NCBI GenBank assembly: GCA_040386535.1
Contig: JAZKFH010000030.1
Span: forward strand, 58,543 to 122,542
DNA length: 64,000 bases
Direction of reading: 5' to 3'
Source of the DNA: Myxococcota bacterium
GTDB taxonomy: Bacteria; Myxococcota_A; UBA796; SXON01
The notes under the pieces were generated by a model. That model searched no databases, was not told the origin of the DNA, and was given only the letters and a program-made list of their open reading frames with translations. A program made the translations under genes and the position numbers. Positions 30,161 through 40,036 of the stretch are shown piece by piece; positions within the stretch are counted from its first letter, which is position 1, and each line of letters opens with the position of its first letter.

Positions 30161-30661
30161 GTGACCGCCCTCCCCGACATCGAAGCCGCGCAGGCGGGGG
30201 ACAAGGCGGCCTTCGCGCGGCTGCACGCCCGCTGGCACCCCGTCGTGCACGCGGTGTTGCTCGCGCGCCTCCCTCCCCAGGACGCCGAGGATCTCGTGCA
30301 GGAGGTCTTCGTCACCGCGTGGCTGCGTTTGGGGGAGCTCACCGATCACGACGCGTTCGGCGGCTGGGTATGCGCGATCGCGCGCAACCGCGCCGTGGAC
30401 CATTGGCGGGCGCGACGGCCGACCGAGCCCCTGACCGTCGAACCCGCCGCGCCCCCCGCGAGCGACCGTGGCGTGCACGACGTGCTCGCGGCCGTGCAGG
30501 CCCTGCCGGAGGCCTACCGCGAGACGCTGCTGCTGCGGCTCGTCGCGGGGTACACGGGGCCCGAGATCTCCGAACGCACCGGCCTGACGGAGGGCAGCGT
30601 GCGCGTGAACCTGACGCGTGGAATGGCGCTCCTGCGCGAGCGCATCGGAGGGTACCGATGA
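30161..30661 (+). CDS. ECF RNA polymerase sigma factor
   Basis: DAEDLVQEVF, WVCAIARNRAVDHWR, LPEAYRETLLLR...EIS...GSVRVNL. Confidence 0.92.
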   Translation: MTALPDIEAAQAGDKAAFARLHARWHPVVHAVLLARLPPQDAEDLVQEVFVTAWLRLGELTDHDAFGGWVCAIARNRAVDHWRARRPTEPLTVEPAAPPASDRGVHDVLAAVQALPEAYRETLLLRLVAGYTGPEISERTGLTEGSVRVNLTRGMALLRERIGGYR

Positions 30662-31608
30662 GTGACTGGTTGTTCGACGGCGGCTCGCCGCCCGATCCCG
30701 ACGACGAGCGGATCGCGGCCGCCCTCGGCGGCTTGCGTCGTGATCGCGAGGTGCCGGTGCTCCCCGAGCGGCCGGTGGTGCGCCGCGCGGAGGTCGTGCA
30801 GATGCGTCGGTGGCGTACCGTCGCGATCGTCTCCACCGCGGCCCTGCTCGCGGCCGCTTCGCTCCTCCTGGTGGTGTGGCCGCGCGATCGTTTCGAGGTC
30901 ACCGTGCTCTCGGGAGAACCGGCCTGCTGGATCGGCCCGTGCGGGCTCGGGGTGGGCGGCGAGCTGGTCACGCGCGACAGCGACGCGTGGAGCGTGCAGC
31001 TCGGCGCACGCGGGATCGTCGAGATGGCGCCGGATACCGTGCTTGCCCGCTTGCCGACAGCCGAAGGCGAGCTGCTCGCCTTGCGCCGGGGCGCGCTAGC
31101 TGTCTCGTTGCTGGCGCCGCCGCGGGAGGTGCGGGTGGAGACGGCCGCGGCGCTCGTGGTCGACCTGGGGGGCCGGTACAAGGTGAGCGCGGACGAGGCC
31201 CGCACCGTGCTCTCGGTTCACGACGGATCCGTCTCCCTCGAGAACGACCGGGGCGTCACGATCGTGACGGCCGGGAGCACCGCGGAGGCGCGTGTGGGCG
31301 AACGTCCGGGCCTCCCCATCCATGACGACGCACATCCGGCGTTCCGGGATGCGATCGAGCGCTTCGAGGCGGGCGCGCAGGTGGGTCCCGACACGGTGGA
31401 GGGGTTGCTCGCCGAGTCGGGGCCCGAGGACAACGTGACCTTGTGGCACGTCTTCCAGCGGCTGCCGTTCGAGGAACGTGCCATCTTGTTCGACCGCATG
31501 AGTGTCCCCGGGGATCGCGACGCGGTGCTGCGCCTGGACCCCACGGCGTTGGCTGCCTGGCTGCGCGGCGCGGCCGTCTGCTCCACGCGAAGCGCCGAGC
31601 TCCCGTGA
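30658..31608 (+). CDS. FecR-like anti-sigma factor
   Basis: ATGA overlap with the sigma gene, single TM, FecR-like beta domain (LRRGAL...VETAAALVVDLG...VHDGSV). Confidence 0.75.
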   Translation: MSDWLFDGGSPPDPDDERIAAALGGLRRDREVPVLPERPVVRRAEVVQMRRWRTVAIVSTAALLAAASLLLVVWPRDRFEVTVLSGEPACWIGPCGLGVGGELVTRDSDAWSVQLGARGIVEMAPDTVLARLPTAEGELLALRRGALAVSLLAPPREVRVETAAALVVDLGGRYKVSADEARTVLSVHDGSVSLENDRGVTIVTAGSTAEARVGERPGLPIHDDAHPAFRDAIERFEAGAQVGPDTVEGLLAESGPEDNVTLWHVFQRLPFEERAILFDRMSVPGDRDAVLRLDPTALAAWLRGAAVCSTRSAELP

Positions 31609-31641
31609 GTTCGCGGCTGACACGAAAAAGATTCGGGGGTC

Positions 31642-31670
31642 GCTAACACGGGAGCTCGCGGCTGCGTCTC
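31642..31670 (+). promoter_or_regulatory. ECF-type promoter, second copy
   Basis: GCTAAC-N17-CGTCTC upstream of the gene at 31712. Confidence 0.65.
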
Positions 31671-31711
31671 CCTCCCGAGAGCCACCCAAACCGGCTCTCA
31701 CGGAGAAGCCC

Positions 31712-32059
31712 ATGGCACGTTCGCTGCTCGCCCCGACCGCCTTTCTCACCCTCCTCGGCCTCGCCCCGGGCTGTTTCCGGGCCGCCGACTCCCCCGTCGT
31801 AGCGGCGATGGCCGGCGCCACCGCGGCGGACCTCGCGGTCGTCGAAACCGCCGCTCCCGCCGCGCCCGCCGAGCTCGTCGCCTACGCGACCACGCGGTCT
31901 GGGAACGCGCGCGCCCCCTCCTACGACGACGCCATGATCGAGATGAAGGCGCCGGACAACTTCGTGGACGTCGAGGGTGTCGGGCCGCAGGACGCTCCCC
32001 AGGCGGTCGTCCTGGGCCTCGAGGCCGCGCCCGAGCTGGTCGCGGTCACCACCCCGTGA
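31712..32059 (+). CDS. small lipoprotein
   Basis: GGAG RBS; MARSLLAPTAFLTLLGLAPGC lipobox. Confidence 0.6.
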   Translation: MARSLLAPTAFLTLLGLAPGCFRAADSPVVAAMAGATAADLAVVETAAPAAPAELVAYATTRSGNARAPSYDDAMIEMKAPDNFVDVEGVGPQDAPQAVVLGLEAAPELVAVTTP

Positions 32060-32868
32060 GGACGGACGCCCCGTTCTTCGCGCTCTCCTGGATGGGCGGG
32101 GGCGCCGAGCGCGCGTTCCGCCGCCGGCGTTCGGGCGTGGACGACCTCCCGTGGGGCACCCTGCGTCCGGTCGACCACCCACCGGTGTTGGTCGACCGCG
32201 CACGCCTCGCGTGGACCGACGGGGCCTACGTCGAATACGCAACCGCCGTCCAGCTCTCCACGATCGTGGAGGGCCTCCTCCGGGTGCGCGCGCCAATCGA
32301 TCTCGTCGGCATGGCCGGTGACTTCGTGGCGGACGAGATGCTGCACGTGGAGCTGCACGCGCGCGTGGTCGCGGAGCTCGGCGGCGCGGTGCCGTATCGT
32401 GTGTCCGAGGCCGTGCTGCACCCCGCGCCGGTCTTCCCCGAACGCCCCCTGCTGGACCTCGCGTGGAACATGGTCCGCACGTGCTGCATCGGGGAAACGC
32501 TGGCGGTGCCCGTCCTGGCCGCGACGCGCAAGGTCGCGAACCACCCCCTCGTCGAGGCCGTGTTCGCGCGGATCGTGGAGGACGAGGGCCCGCACTCCCA
32601 GCTCGGCTGGTTGTTCCTCGAGTGGGCGGAGCTCACCGACGACGATCGCGCCCGCCTCACGGTGCTCGCGCGCCGGGAGCTCGAATCGATCGCGCACACC
32701 TGGCGCGATCCGCGCTCTACCGTTCGAGATGGCGTCACGACGGAGGGGTACGCGGTCGACGCCGTCCACACGCTCGGTTGGCTGGACTCCGAGGCCTATG
32801 TGTCGACGGCGGGCGCGGCCGCCGCGCAGATCGGCGCGAGGCTGGCGCGGTTCGGAATCGTGGTGTGA
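32056..32868 (+). CDS. ferritin-like di-iron protein
   Basis: E...DEMLH...GETLA...DEGPH carboxylate/His pattern; GTGA overlap. Confidence 0.78.
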   Translation: MRTDAPFFALSWMGGGAERAFRRRRSGVDDLPWGTLRPVDHPPVLVDRARLAWTDGAYVEYATAVQLSTIVEGLLRVRAPIDLVGMAGDFVADEMLHVELHARVVAELGGAVPYRVSEAVLHPAPVFPERPLLDLAWNMVRTCCIGETLAVPVLAATRKVANHPLVEAVFARIVEDEGPHSQLGWLFLEWAELTDDDRARLTVLARRELESIAHTWRDPRSTVRDGVTTEGYAVDAVHTLGWLDSEAYVSTAGAAAAQIGARLARFGIVV

Positions 32869-32891
32869 GGGAGGGTTTCTCCTCGCCCTCG

Positions 32892-33650
32892 TCACCAGGT
32901 GACGACGACCGCGACCTCCCGAGGCCCCGCCACGCGGAGGGAGACGGCGCGATCCTGGTGGTGGAGGACGGGCAGCACGAGGCCATAGGTGCCACCGATC
33001 AGCGCACCGATGACGACGTCGGTCGGGTAGTGCTTTCCGGCCAGGACGCGGAGCACCCCGACCGTCGTCGTGAGCGCGCCCGCGCTGGAATAGGCCACCC
33101 ACGCCGGCACTGCGTCGACGTCGTCCAGCATTCGCGCCACGGTGAAGGTCGCCGCCGCGGCGAAGGCCGTGTGCCCGGAGGGAAACGACATCGTGGCATC
33201 GTGGTTCTGCTGGGCCTTGATGATGTCGTCGGTCGGATCGTTGTAGCGGACGAACGGGCGCGAACGGTCGGTGGCCTGCTTGAGCACCTCGACGGTCAGT
33301 CCGGTGCACGTCCATGCCTCTACCAGGATGACCGCCGGGGCCAACCCGCCATGGCGCTTCCCGAGGAGCCCGGTCGTGAGCAGCGCAGCTCCCCCGAGCC
33401 CGTAGGTCGCCACGTCCGAGGCGGTGCCCGCCTTGGGATCCCAACGGTGCAGGACCCAGGCGTCGATGACGTTCAGGTCGTCGAGCGCCGGGCCGGGGGC
33501 CGGCCGTTCATTGTCGACGAGGAACTGCAGGGAAACCCAGGTCGCACCGGTGGCGACGATGATGGGGGCCTCGACGGCGTAGTCCACGACATACACGGGT
33601 GTGTCCATGTGCCAACTGAACACGGTCTGCAGATCGGTCGAGGTTACCAA
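32892..33650 (-). CDS. PAP2 family phosphatase
   Basis: K....RSRP, SFPSGH, R...GKHYPTD; start uncertain. Confidence 0.88.
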   Translation of the reverse strand: MVTSTDLQTVFSWHMDTPVYVVDYAVEAPIIVATGATWVSLQFLVDNERPAPGPALDDLNVIDAWVLHRWDPKAGTASDVATYGLGGAALLTTGLLGKRHGGLAPAVILVEAWTCTGLTVEVLKQATDRSRPFVRYNDPTDDIIKAQQNHDATMSFPSGHTAFAAAATFTVARMLDDVDAVPAWVAYSSAGALTTTVGVLRVLAGKHYPTDVVIGALIGGTYGLVLPVLHHQDRAVSLRVAGPREVAVVVTW

Positions 33651-33716
33651 GGGTCAACGGTCGTTCCGTTCTCCTATGGAAGGCTGCGAACGGTTGTGCG
33701 GGTCGCGCCGCCCCTG

Positions 33717-34559
33717 TCAGGGCAGCTCGAGCACCGCCAGCGCGCTCGCGCCCACGACCCCGTCGGCGGGCAGGAACACCCCTTCCGGCTCGCCGCTCGC
33801 GAGGTTCCAGGCCAGCACTTTGTCCGTGGCGCCGGACGCGACCAGGAGGCGATCGCCGAGGATTGCCATGCCGGTCGGCCCGCGTGGCTCGATGAACAGG
33901 CTGACCCCGTCGCCCACCCGCACCACGGCGTTGCTCCCGTTCATGCTCACCAGCAGGGAACCCGCGTTCCAGGCCAGCGCCCGCGGGCCCTCCCACCCGT
34001 CTTCGGGCGTCACGAGCGCGGTGGCGATGCCGTCCGCGTACGACAGGACCGAGCCGTTGTACCAGCTCGGGATCACCAACGCGCCGTCGGGCCCGAACGC
34101 CATCCCGATGTCCGGGCCGTCCAGCCCGCCCGCGCCGGCGGGCACCGCGTCGTCGACATAGGTGCCGTCGGCCTCGAAGCGCGCCACCCGGTCGTCTTCG
34201 AAGGAGGCGACGTAGAGCCGGCCGTCGGGACCGTAGATCGCGGCGGTGGGGCCGTCGAAGCCGGCGCTGCCGTCCACGAGGACGCCGAGCGGCTCGAACG
34301 TCTCGGCGTCGAACCGCAGCACCTGGTCGAGCTTCTCGGCGCACGCCACCAGCTCGCCCTCGGGTGACACGACCACGGTCTGCGCGCCGTCCACGCCCGC
34401 CAAGACGCCGAGCGCGACGCCGGCGGTATCGTAGAGGTGGATGTCGCCGCTGGTGTACCCCGAGACCGCGACGATCGTGCGGGGCTCGGGGGACGACGGG
34501 GGAGGGGACGTCGGCGGAGCGGCGTCGGGGGAACAGGCGAGGAGGAGGAGAAGCAGCAT
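33717..34559 (-). CDS. NHL-repeat beta-propeller lipoprotein
   Basis: Lipobox LLAC; repeated FDGPTAAIYGPDGRLYVAS / LDGPDIGMAFGPDG. Confidence 0.75.
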   Translation of the reverse strand: MLLLLLLACSPDAAPPTSPPPSSPEPRTIVAVSGYTSGDIHLYDTAGVALGVLAGVDGAQTVVVSPEGELVACAEKLDQVLRFDAETFEPLGVLVDGSAGFDGPTAAIYGPDGRLYVASFEDDRVARFEADGTYVDDAVPAGAGGLDGPDIGMAFGPDGALVIPSWYNGSVLSYADGIATALVTPEDGWEGPRALAWNAGSLLVSMNGSNAVVRVGDGVSLFIEPRGPTGMAILGDRLLVASGATDKVLAWNLASGEPEGVFLPADGVVGASALAVLELP

Positions 34560-34594
34560 GCACGTCGGGTAGCCGGGGCCCTCCGCGGGCACTG

Positions 34595-35386
34595 TCACAT
34601 CCTTGCGAGGTCCGTTCGTGCCACGCGCGCACGCAGCTGGGTGGGCGTGTAGCCGAACACGCGACGGAGGCGCGCGGTCAGGTGGCTGTGGTGCGCGAAA
34701 CCCACCTCGACCGCCAGCAAGGCCAGGTCGGTGGCCCCCGCGAGGATCGCGTCGGCGGCGCGGATGGCGCGCATGCGGTCGAGCCACGCGTGGGCCGTTG
34801 TCCCGGTGGCGCGTCGGAAGCTGCGGCACAGGACGAATGGAGAGACGCCGAGCTCGGCGGCCACGGTGGTCACGTCGCGGGCGTCCCGACGACCCAGGCG
34901 CGCCCGGGCGTCGCGAGCGAGCTCGATGCACGGCGGCGTGGCTTCCGTGGCCAGCTCCCGCTCGACGAGGAGCAGCGTCGCATCGACCGCGGCGGCCTGC
35001 GGGAGCGCGCGGAGCGTCTCGGCGTGGACCCGCCAATCGAGCCACCGCGCGGGCGAGAGGCGGCGGAAGGAATTCTCGAACGGCTCCGTGAGCCGCCCGG
35101 GTGCGAACGTCACGTAGATGCCGGTGTCCCGGCACCGGGCCGGGTGGCGGCTGCGCCAGGTGTCTCCGACGTTCGAGAAGCTGCAGGTGAGGGGGTCCAC
35201 CAGCTCTTGCCCGCCCGAGCCGCGGCGCAAGAACGCGCCGTGCAGCGGGATGTTCAACGTCGCGACCGTCGTCACGTGCTCGGGACCGTCCGCCAGGTTC
35301 TCGAGGTCACACGCCCAGAGGCCGACCAGGATCCCGTCGGCGTCGAGCAGGTCGCGGAAGCGCTTGGTTCTCACACCCGGACACAC
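34595..35386 (-). CDS. AraC family transcriptional regulator
   Basis: VAAELGVSPFVLCRSFRRATG...LAVEVGFAHHSHLTARLRRVFGYTP. Confidence 0.88.
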   Translation of the reverse strand: MCPGVRTKRFRDLLDADGILVGLWACDLENLADGPEHVTTVATLNIPLHGAFLRRGSGGQELVDPLTCSFSNVGDTWRSRHPARCRDTGIYVTFAPGRLTEPFENSFRRLSPARWLDWRVHAETLRALPQAAAVDATLLLVERELATEATPPCIELARDARARLGRRDARDVTTVAAELGVSPFVLCRSFRRATGTTAHAWLDRMRAIRAADAILAGATDLALLAVEVGFAHHSHLTARLRRVFGYTPTQLRARVARTDLARM

Positions 35387-35433
35387 GCGCGGTGTGGGTG
35401 CCGGGTTCCTGGGCCGGCGTTTGTCGACCGCTC

Positions 35434-36717
35434 TCAGTATTCCTGCTGGGAGAGCCTCTGGAGCTGCTGCCAGTCGACCTGCTGCGGATCGAGCGGCGCT
35501 TCCGTCGCCAGGATGGTGGTGTTTCCCAGGTCGGTTCCGTTGTTCGCCCGGTACACGTTGTCGTATCCGTCCGCGACCTTCACGGTCTCTCCCGTCGTGG
35601 GATCGACGTACTTGCTCTCCTCCCGAATGCCGTCGATCCTGTACTCGTGCTGCCGGTCCTGGGAGGCCGAGCGCTCCTGGTACGCGGCGTGGCTCCGGTC
35701 CATCTCGTTCATCCGGTCATTGTAGCGGGCCGTGTTGGCGTCCCCCTGCCGCTGGATGTCGGCCATGCGCTGGTTGTGGCCCGCCGTCATCGCGTCCGTG
35801 CTCCGCTGGATCGACTCCATGGTCGCCTCGTGCTGGCGGCGGCTCACGTCGCTGTTGGCCTGCTGCCCGCGTTGTTGCGCGTCCTGCTCCAGCCTCTTCC
35901 ACTCCGGATTGGGGATGATCGAGTCCTGCGCGATGCGGGTGTGCGCGTGCGCCGCGTCCAAATCGCTTTTGGACTGGGTGATCGAGGGGACCACGCTCCA
36001 CGCGTAGTACGTCTCGCCGTTGACCTGCTGCACGTTCACCCGGATGCGGCACTCGACCCGCGCCAGGTCGCCGTTCGGCAGTGTGCCGTCCACCGAACCG
36101 CGCCGATTGACCTCTTGCGCAGAGGTACGGTCCTCCGGAGCTTCCTGCTCGTTGCGCAGATCGGTCAGGACGATGCCCTCCTGCGCCAGCCGCGGGATCA
36201 GCACCTGGCGCGCGTACGCCGCGGCGCCCATCGGCTCGAGCTCGTTCGTGCTCATCCGCGTGTCCAAGCCCATCTGCTGCTTCTGCTGGCGCAGCCCCTG
36301 GGTCATCGGCCCCTCCGACCAGCTGTGGGTGATGATGGGCCGGTACTCGATCTGCGCGGCCCCGTCGGGCGAGCGGAGACGAAGCAAGACCTGCGGAATC
36401 GCCACCGCGCCATCCCACTGGCGGGTGAACGACTGCGTCGCCTCCCACCCGATCGGGACCTTCAGCGCGAAGGCGACCATGTTGTTGCGCTCCGGATCGA
36501 GGATGCCCAGCAGGCGGTGGGTGGCCGCGGGGGAGGACGGCGACGAGGCTGCGGCGGGAGCCGAAGGTGAATCCGAAGGGGGAGGGGTGTCCGTGGGGGC
36601 CGAGCCGCCGTCCTGCACCGTCGGGGGCGGGAGGAAGCTCCGAGGGTCGATGCAGGCGACGATGCAGGCGCCGAACGCGAGGAGGACCAGCAGGGGGATG
36701 GGAGACGCTCGTTGCAT
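35434..36717 (-). CDS. hypothetical exported protein with Gln-rich coiled-coil C-terminus
   Basis: Hydrophobic N-terminus with Cys; long ORF with coding-like composition. Confidence 0.65.
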   Translation of the reverse strand: MQRASPIPLLVLLAFGACIVACIDPRSFLPPPTVQDGGSAPTDTPPPSDSPSAPAAASSPSSPAATHRLLGILDPERNNMVAFALKVPIGWEATQSFTRQWDGAVAIPQVLLRLRSPDGAAQIEYRPIITHSWSEGPMTQGLRQQKQQMGLDTRMSTNELEPMGAAAYARQVLIPRLAQEGIVLTDLRNEQEAPEDRTSAQEVNRRGSVDGTLPNGDLARVECRIRVNVQQVNGETYYAWSVVPSITQSKSDLDAAHAHTRIAQDSIIPNPEWKRLEQDAQQRGQQANSDVSRRQHEATMESIQRSTDAMTAGHNQRMADIQRQGDANTARYNDRMNEMDRSHAAYQERSASQDRQHEYRIDGIREESKYVDPTTGETVKVADGYDNVYRANNGTDLGNTTILATEAPLDPQQVDWQQLQRLSQQEY

Positions 36718-36787
36718 GGGTCCGCCTGGGAGAGGAGGGCAATCTACCCCGGCCTCCACAAATCGGCGGGCTGGAGCCCCTTGGCTG

Positions 36788-37348
36788 TCACTCCCCGTTG
36801 GTCGCCCCCGGCGTCGGGCTCGCCGCCGACTCCCATGCCAGGGCGCCGTCCGGGATGCGCGCCCGGCTCACGTCGGCCGTCTGCGCGCCGAACTCGACGG
36901 CGTCGATCTCTTCGGGGCTGCGGCCGTCGGCGACGAAGAACAGCCCGACGTATTCGCCGGTGCCCGAGAGCTTGAAGGTGGTGTGGTCCTCGCCCTGGGT
37001 CGGTTGGGCGTCGGCCCAGAACAGCGTGTACCCGCCGGGGGTGATCACCTGGTCCTGCGGGAGGGCGAACTGGCGGGGCTCGTCGTCCTCGTCGGTGAGG
37101 TACACACCCGCGAGGGACACGATCGCGTCCGTCGGGTTGTACAGCTCGATCCAGTCCGAGTAGGAGCCGCCGTCATCGGTGATCGTCGACTGGTTGACGG
37201 CCATGAACTCGTTGATCACGATCGTGGGCGCCTCGGCGCCGGAGTCGGCGGTGGGCGTGTCGGTGTCCGCCGTGTTTACGGTGTCGAGGGTGCCGCTGTC
37301 CGCGGTGTTCGGGGTGCACCCGAGGAGGGCGAGGGCGTGGATCAGCAT
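36788..37348 (-). CDS. lamin tail domain lipoprotein
   Basis: VINEFMA.N...SDWIELYN...LAGVYLTD...FKLSGTGE...PTPGATN. Confidence 0.85.
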   Translation of the reverse strand: MLIHALALLGCTPNTADSGTLDTVNTADTDTPTADSGAEAPTIVINEFMAVNQSTITDDGGSYSDWIELYNPTDAIVSLAGVYLTDEDDEPRQFALPQDQVITPGGYTLFWADAQPTQGEDHTTFKLSGTGEYVGLFFVADGRSPEEIDAVEFGAQTADVSRARIPDGALAWESAASPTPGATNGE

Positions 37349-37541
37349 GGGCGGGCTCCTTGGAGGGGGTCAGGGAGCAAGGTACCGCCTGGTCCTGAGG
37401 GGCAGCTGAGCGGCGTGGACCGGCTCTCGGGAGGCCTCTCCGGCACCGGCCCGAAGCTCAGCTTCCGCTCAGGCGGCGGGGATATCGTCGAGAGGGACTT
37501 CGATCGAGTTTCGTGTCATCGCAGCGCGAGGAGAGGTACGG

Positions 37542-38483
37542 ATGTGGTTCTTCACGATGATCCTGCAGGCGGCAGCTGCCTCGGAGGAGTCCGTGTGTGT
37601 CGCCTTCGGCGAGACCAGCGCCCCCCTCTCGGTGAGCGGCACACCGAGCATCCAGTCCTCCGGCGTCGCCGCCTCGCGGTCCCACCCGGGGCGCTTCTTC
37701 ACCCACGACGATGCTGGCGGAGACGCGACCTTGCACGTCTTCGAGCGGACGGCGAGCGGCGCGGCCTACGTTGGCGAGCAGGCGGTCCGGGGCGCCGTCA
37801 ACACCGACTGGGAGGACATCGCGACCGGGCCGTGCCCGGCGACCATCGACGCTGAATGGTGCCTGTGGATCGCCGACATCGGTGACAACGACAAGCTCCG
37901 TACGAGCCTCGACATCTGGGTCATCCCCGACACGATGGACGCGGGGGCCGCCACCGCGCATTGCCCGCTCGTGTACGAGGAGGGCAAGGTCTACGATGCC
38001 GAGGCCATTTTCGTGTCACCCGAGGGCACGCTCCGGATCGTCACGAAGGAGGGCGATGGCGAGGCGAAGATCTATCGAATCGACGAGCCTACCTGCGCCG
38101 GAGGGGCCCCGCAGGTGCTCTGGCGGGAGGCGGAGATCTTCCCTGGCGAAGAGATCACCGGCGCCACGATGAACGCGGCGGGCACCGCGGTCGTGCTGCG
38201 CAGCCTGTCGAGCGCATGGCTCTGGACCGGCTGCGACCTGGTCTGGGCCGACGCTCCAACGCGGGTCGACCTTGGCGTGCAACCCCAGGGAGAAGCGGTC
38301 ACGTTCGCGCTCGACGGCACGCTCGTGAGCACGTCGGAGGGGGACCCGTTGCAGATGTGGGAGACCGTCTGCGTGGAGTCGGCCCCCCTCCCGTGCCCCA
38401 CCGGCTGCGGGTGTGACGCTGGGGCGGGCGCGCTGCTCGTGCTCGTTCCGCTCGCCTGGGTGCGCCGCGGGCGGCGGTCGTAG
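37542..38483 (+). CDS. surface beta-propeller protein with MYXO-CTERM-like tail
   Basis: DWEDIA..ADIGDN, DAEA, QGEAV; C-terminal GCGC-TM-RRGRR. Confidence 0.7.
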   Translation: MWFFTMILQAAAASEESVCVAFGETSAPLSVSGTPSIQSSGVAASRSHPGRFFTHDDAGGDATLHVFERTASGAAYVGEQAVRGAVNTDWEDIATGPCPATIDAEWCLWIADIGDNDKLRTSLDIWVIPDTMDAGAATAHCPLVYEEGKVYDAEAIFVSPEGTLRIVTKEGDGEAKIYRIDEPTCAGGAPQVLWREAEIFPGEEITGATMNAAGTAVVLRSLSSAWLWTGCDLVWADAPTRVDLGVQPQGEAVTFALDGTLVSTSEGDPLQMWETVCVESAPLPCPTGCGCDAGAGALLVLVPLAWVRRGRRS

Positions 38484-38577
38484 GCACGGGCTGCGACCTG
38501 TGTACCACGGCCGCCGGGGCAGTCCCTCACTGCGCGGGCGTCTCGAACGCAGGCTTCGATGGAGGGACGCGGCCGCG

Positions 38578-40005
38578 TCACCCGCCGTCGACCACCAGCT
38601 CCTCCAGCCGCAAGGGGGCGGTCCCCACGATCCGCACCACCCGGCCACCTCCCGCCACGATCCGGATCCCGTGTCCCTCTGACGTGCAGCTCGACGGGCT
38701 GAACCACCAGGCGTCGTCGGTGTCGCGGACGAGCCAGCCGTCGTACTCGCCGTCGGGAGAGGACCACCACGCCGTCGCGACGACGCGTCCGTCGGGGAGC
38801 GTCGCCGTGGGCGTGACGCCCGTCGGCACCCACGCGGGCGCCACGCCGTCCGGCCCGAGGATCCACGGCGCGGCCTGGGTGCTGTTCCACGCTTCTTCCC
38901 ACACGAGCTCCCCCTCCGGCAGGGCCGTCCCCGTGGGCCCCAGGGTCAGGGCCCCGGCGCCGGGCACGTCGTAGGCGTCGCCGCTGTCGAAGGCCCGCGC
39001 CTGCAGGGGCTGGCCGTCCCCCCACAGCTGCCACGTCGCGCCCGTGGCGCCCAACGACACGGTGGTGCCGCCGGACCACGCCAGGAGGGGCACGATCCAG
39101 TCGGCCGGGTGCGGCACCAGCTCCTCCCCATCGAGCTGGACGAGCCTGGACGCCCCCGACGCGTCGGTGATGACCAGGACGGGCGAGGTGTCCGGGAGGG
39201 CGGGGAGCAGCCAGAAGGTCTCGCCTTCGGCGCGGGGAACCGCGATTTCGCGCCAGGTGAGCGTCGCGAGGTCGACGAGCGCGAGGGCGTACGTCGTGCC
39301 CCCGTTCAACACCATGACGAGCTGGTCGCCGAACGATTGCACCTGGTACGCGGCCGCGTCTTCCGGGAAGCCAGGGATCTCGAGCTCCCGCACGCTCATC
39401 TCGATGCCCACGCCGATGGGAATCTCCTCCTCGTAGCCGGGGAACACCTCCTTCCGGACGATCTCCTTCCACGGATCTTCAGGCCCGCACGCGGCCTCGG
39501 CGGCCTCAGCCAGCGCACGCGGGCGCGGGCCCGACTCGCAGTGCCGCGCGAAGTGCTCGCGGAGCGGCTGGTCCTCCGCGTCGAGCTCCTCGCCCCGGAA
39601 CCAATTCTGCGGCACGAGGTCGGCGTGGGTCTCGGAGAACCCCTTCACGTCGTCCCACGCGTGACACAGCTCGTGGATCACCGTCCTGGGGATGCCGAAC
39701 TCGCTCCCGGGCTCGACGCGGATGAGCTGCCGGGACGCGGAGTAGGCGCCGGCGGCCGCCTCGTACGCGGGGTCCGCGTTGGCGACCATGCGCACCTCGG
39801 CGACACAGACACCCTCCGCGCCGGTCCAGCCGGCGAAGTCGGCGATCGCGGCCGTGGCTTCGGCCATGTCGGCCTCGGTGGCGGCGCCCTCCGGGTTCGT
39901 GACCGCGATCTCCGCGAAGCGGGGACACTCCACCGGGGCGGACGCTTCGGTCGTACGGGCGCATCCCGCGAGGAAGGCGCCGATCAGGGGGTGGCTGCGT
40001 CGCAT
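38578..40005 (-). CDS. lipoprotein with putative zincin HExxH motif
   Basis: Lipobox LAGC; TVIHELCHAWD...EHFA. Confidence 0.55.
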   Translation of the reverse strand: MRRSHPLIGAFLAGCARTTEASAPVECPRFAEIAVTNPEGAATEADMAEATAAIADFAGWTGAEGVCVAEVRMVANADPAYEAAAGAYSASRQLIRVEPGSEFGIPRTVIHELCHAWDDVKGFSETHADLVPQNWFRGEELDAEDQPLREHFARHCESGPRPRALAEAAEAACGPEDPWKEIVRKEVFPGYEEEIPIGVGIEMSVRELEIPGFPEDAAAYQVQSFGDQLVMVLNGGTTYALALVDLATLTWREIAVPRAEGETFWLLPALPDTSPVLVITDASGASRLVQLDGEELVPHPADWIVPLLAWSGGTTVSLGATGATWQLWGDGQPLQARAFDSGDAYDVPGAGALTLGPTGTALPEGELVWEEAWNSTQAAPWILGPDGVAPAWVPTGVTPTATLPDGRVVATAWWSSPDGEYDGWLVRDTDDAWWFSPSSCTSEGHGIRIVAGGGRVVRIVGTAPLRLEELVVDGG

Positions 40006-40036
40006 CCGGACAGTGTACCACCCGCGCTCGCGCGCC

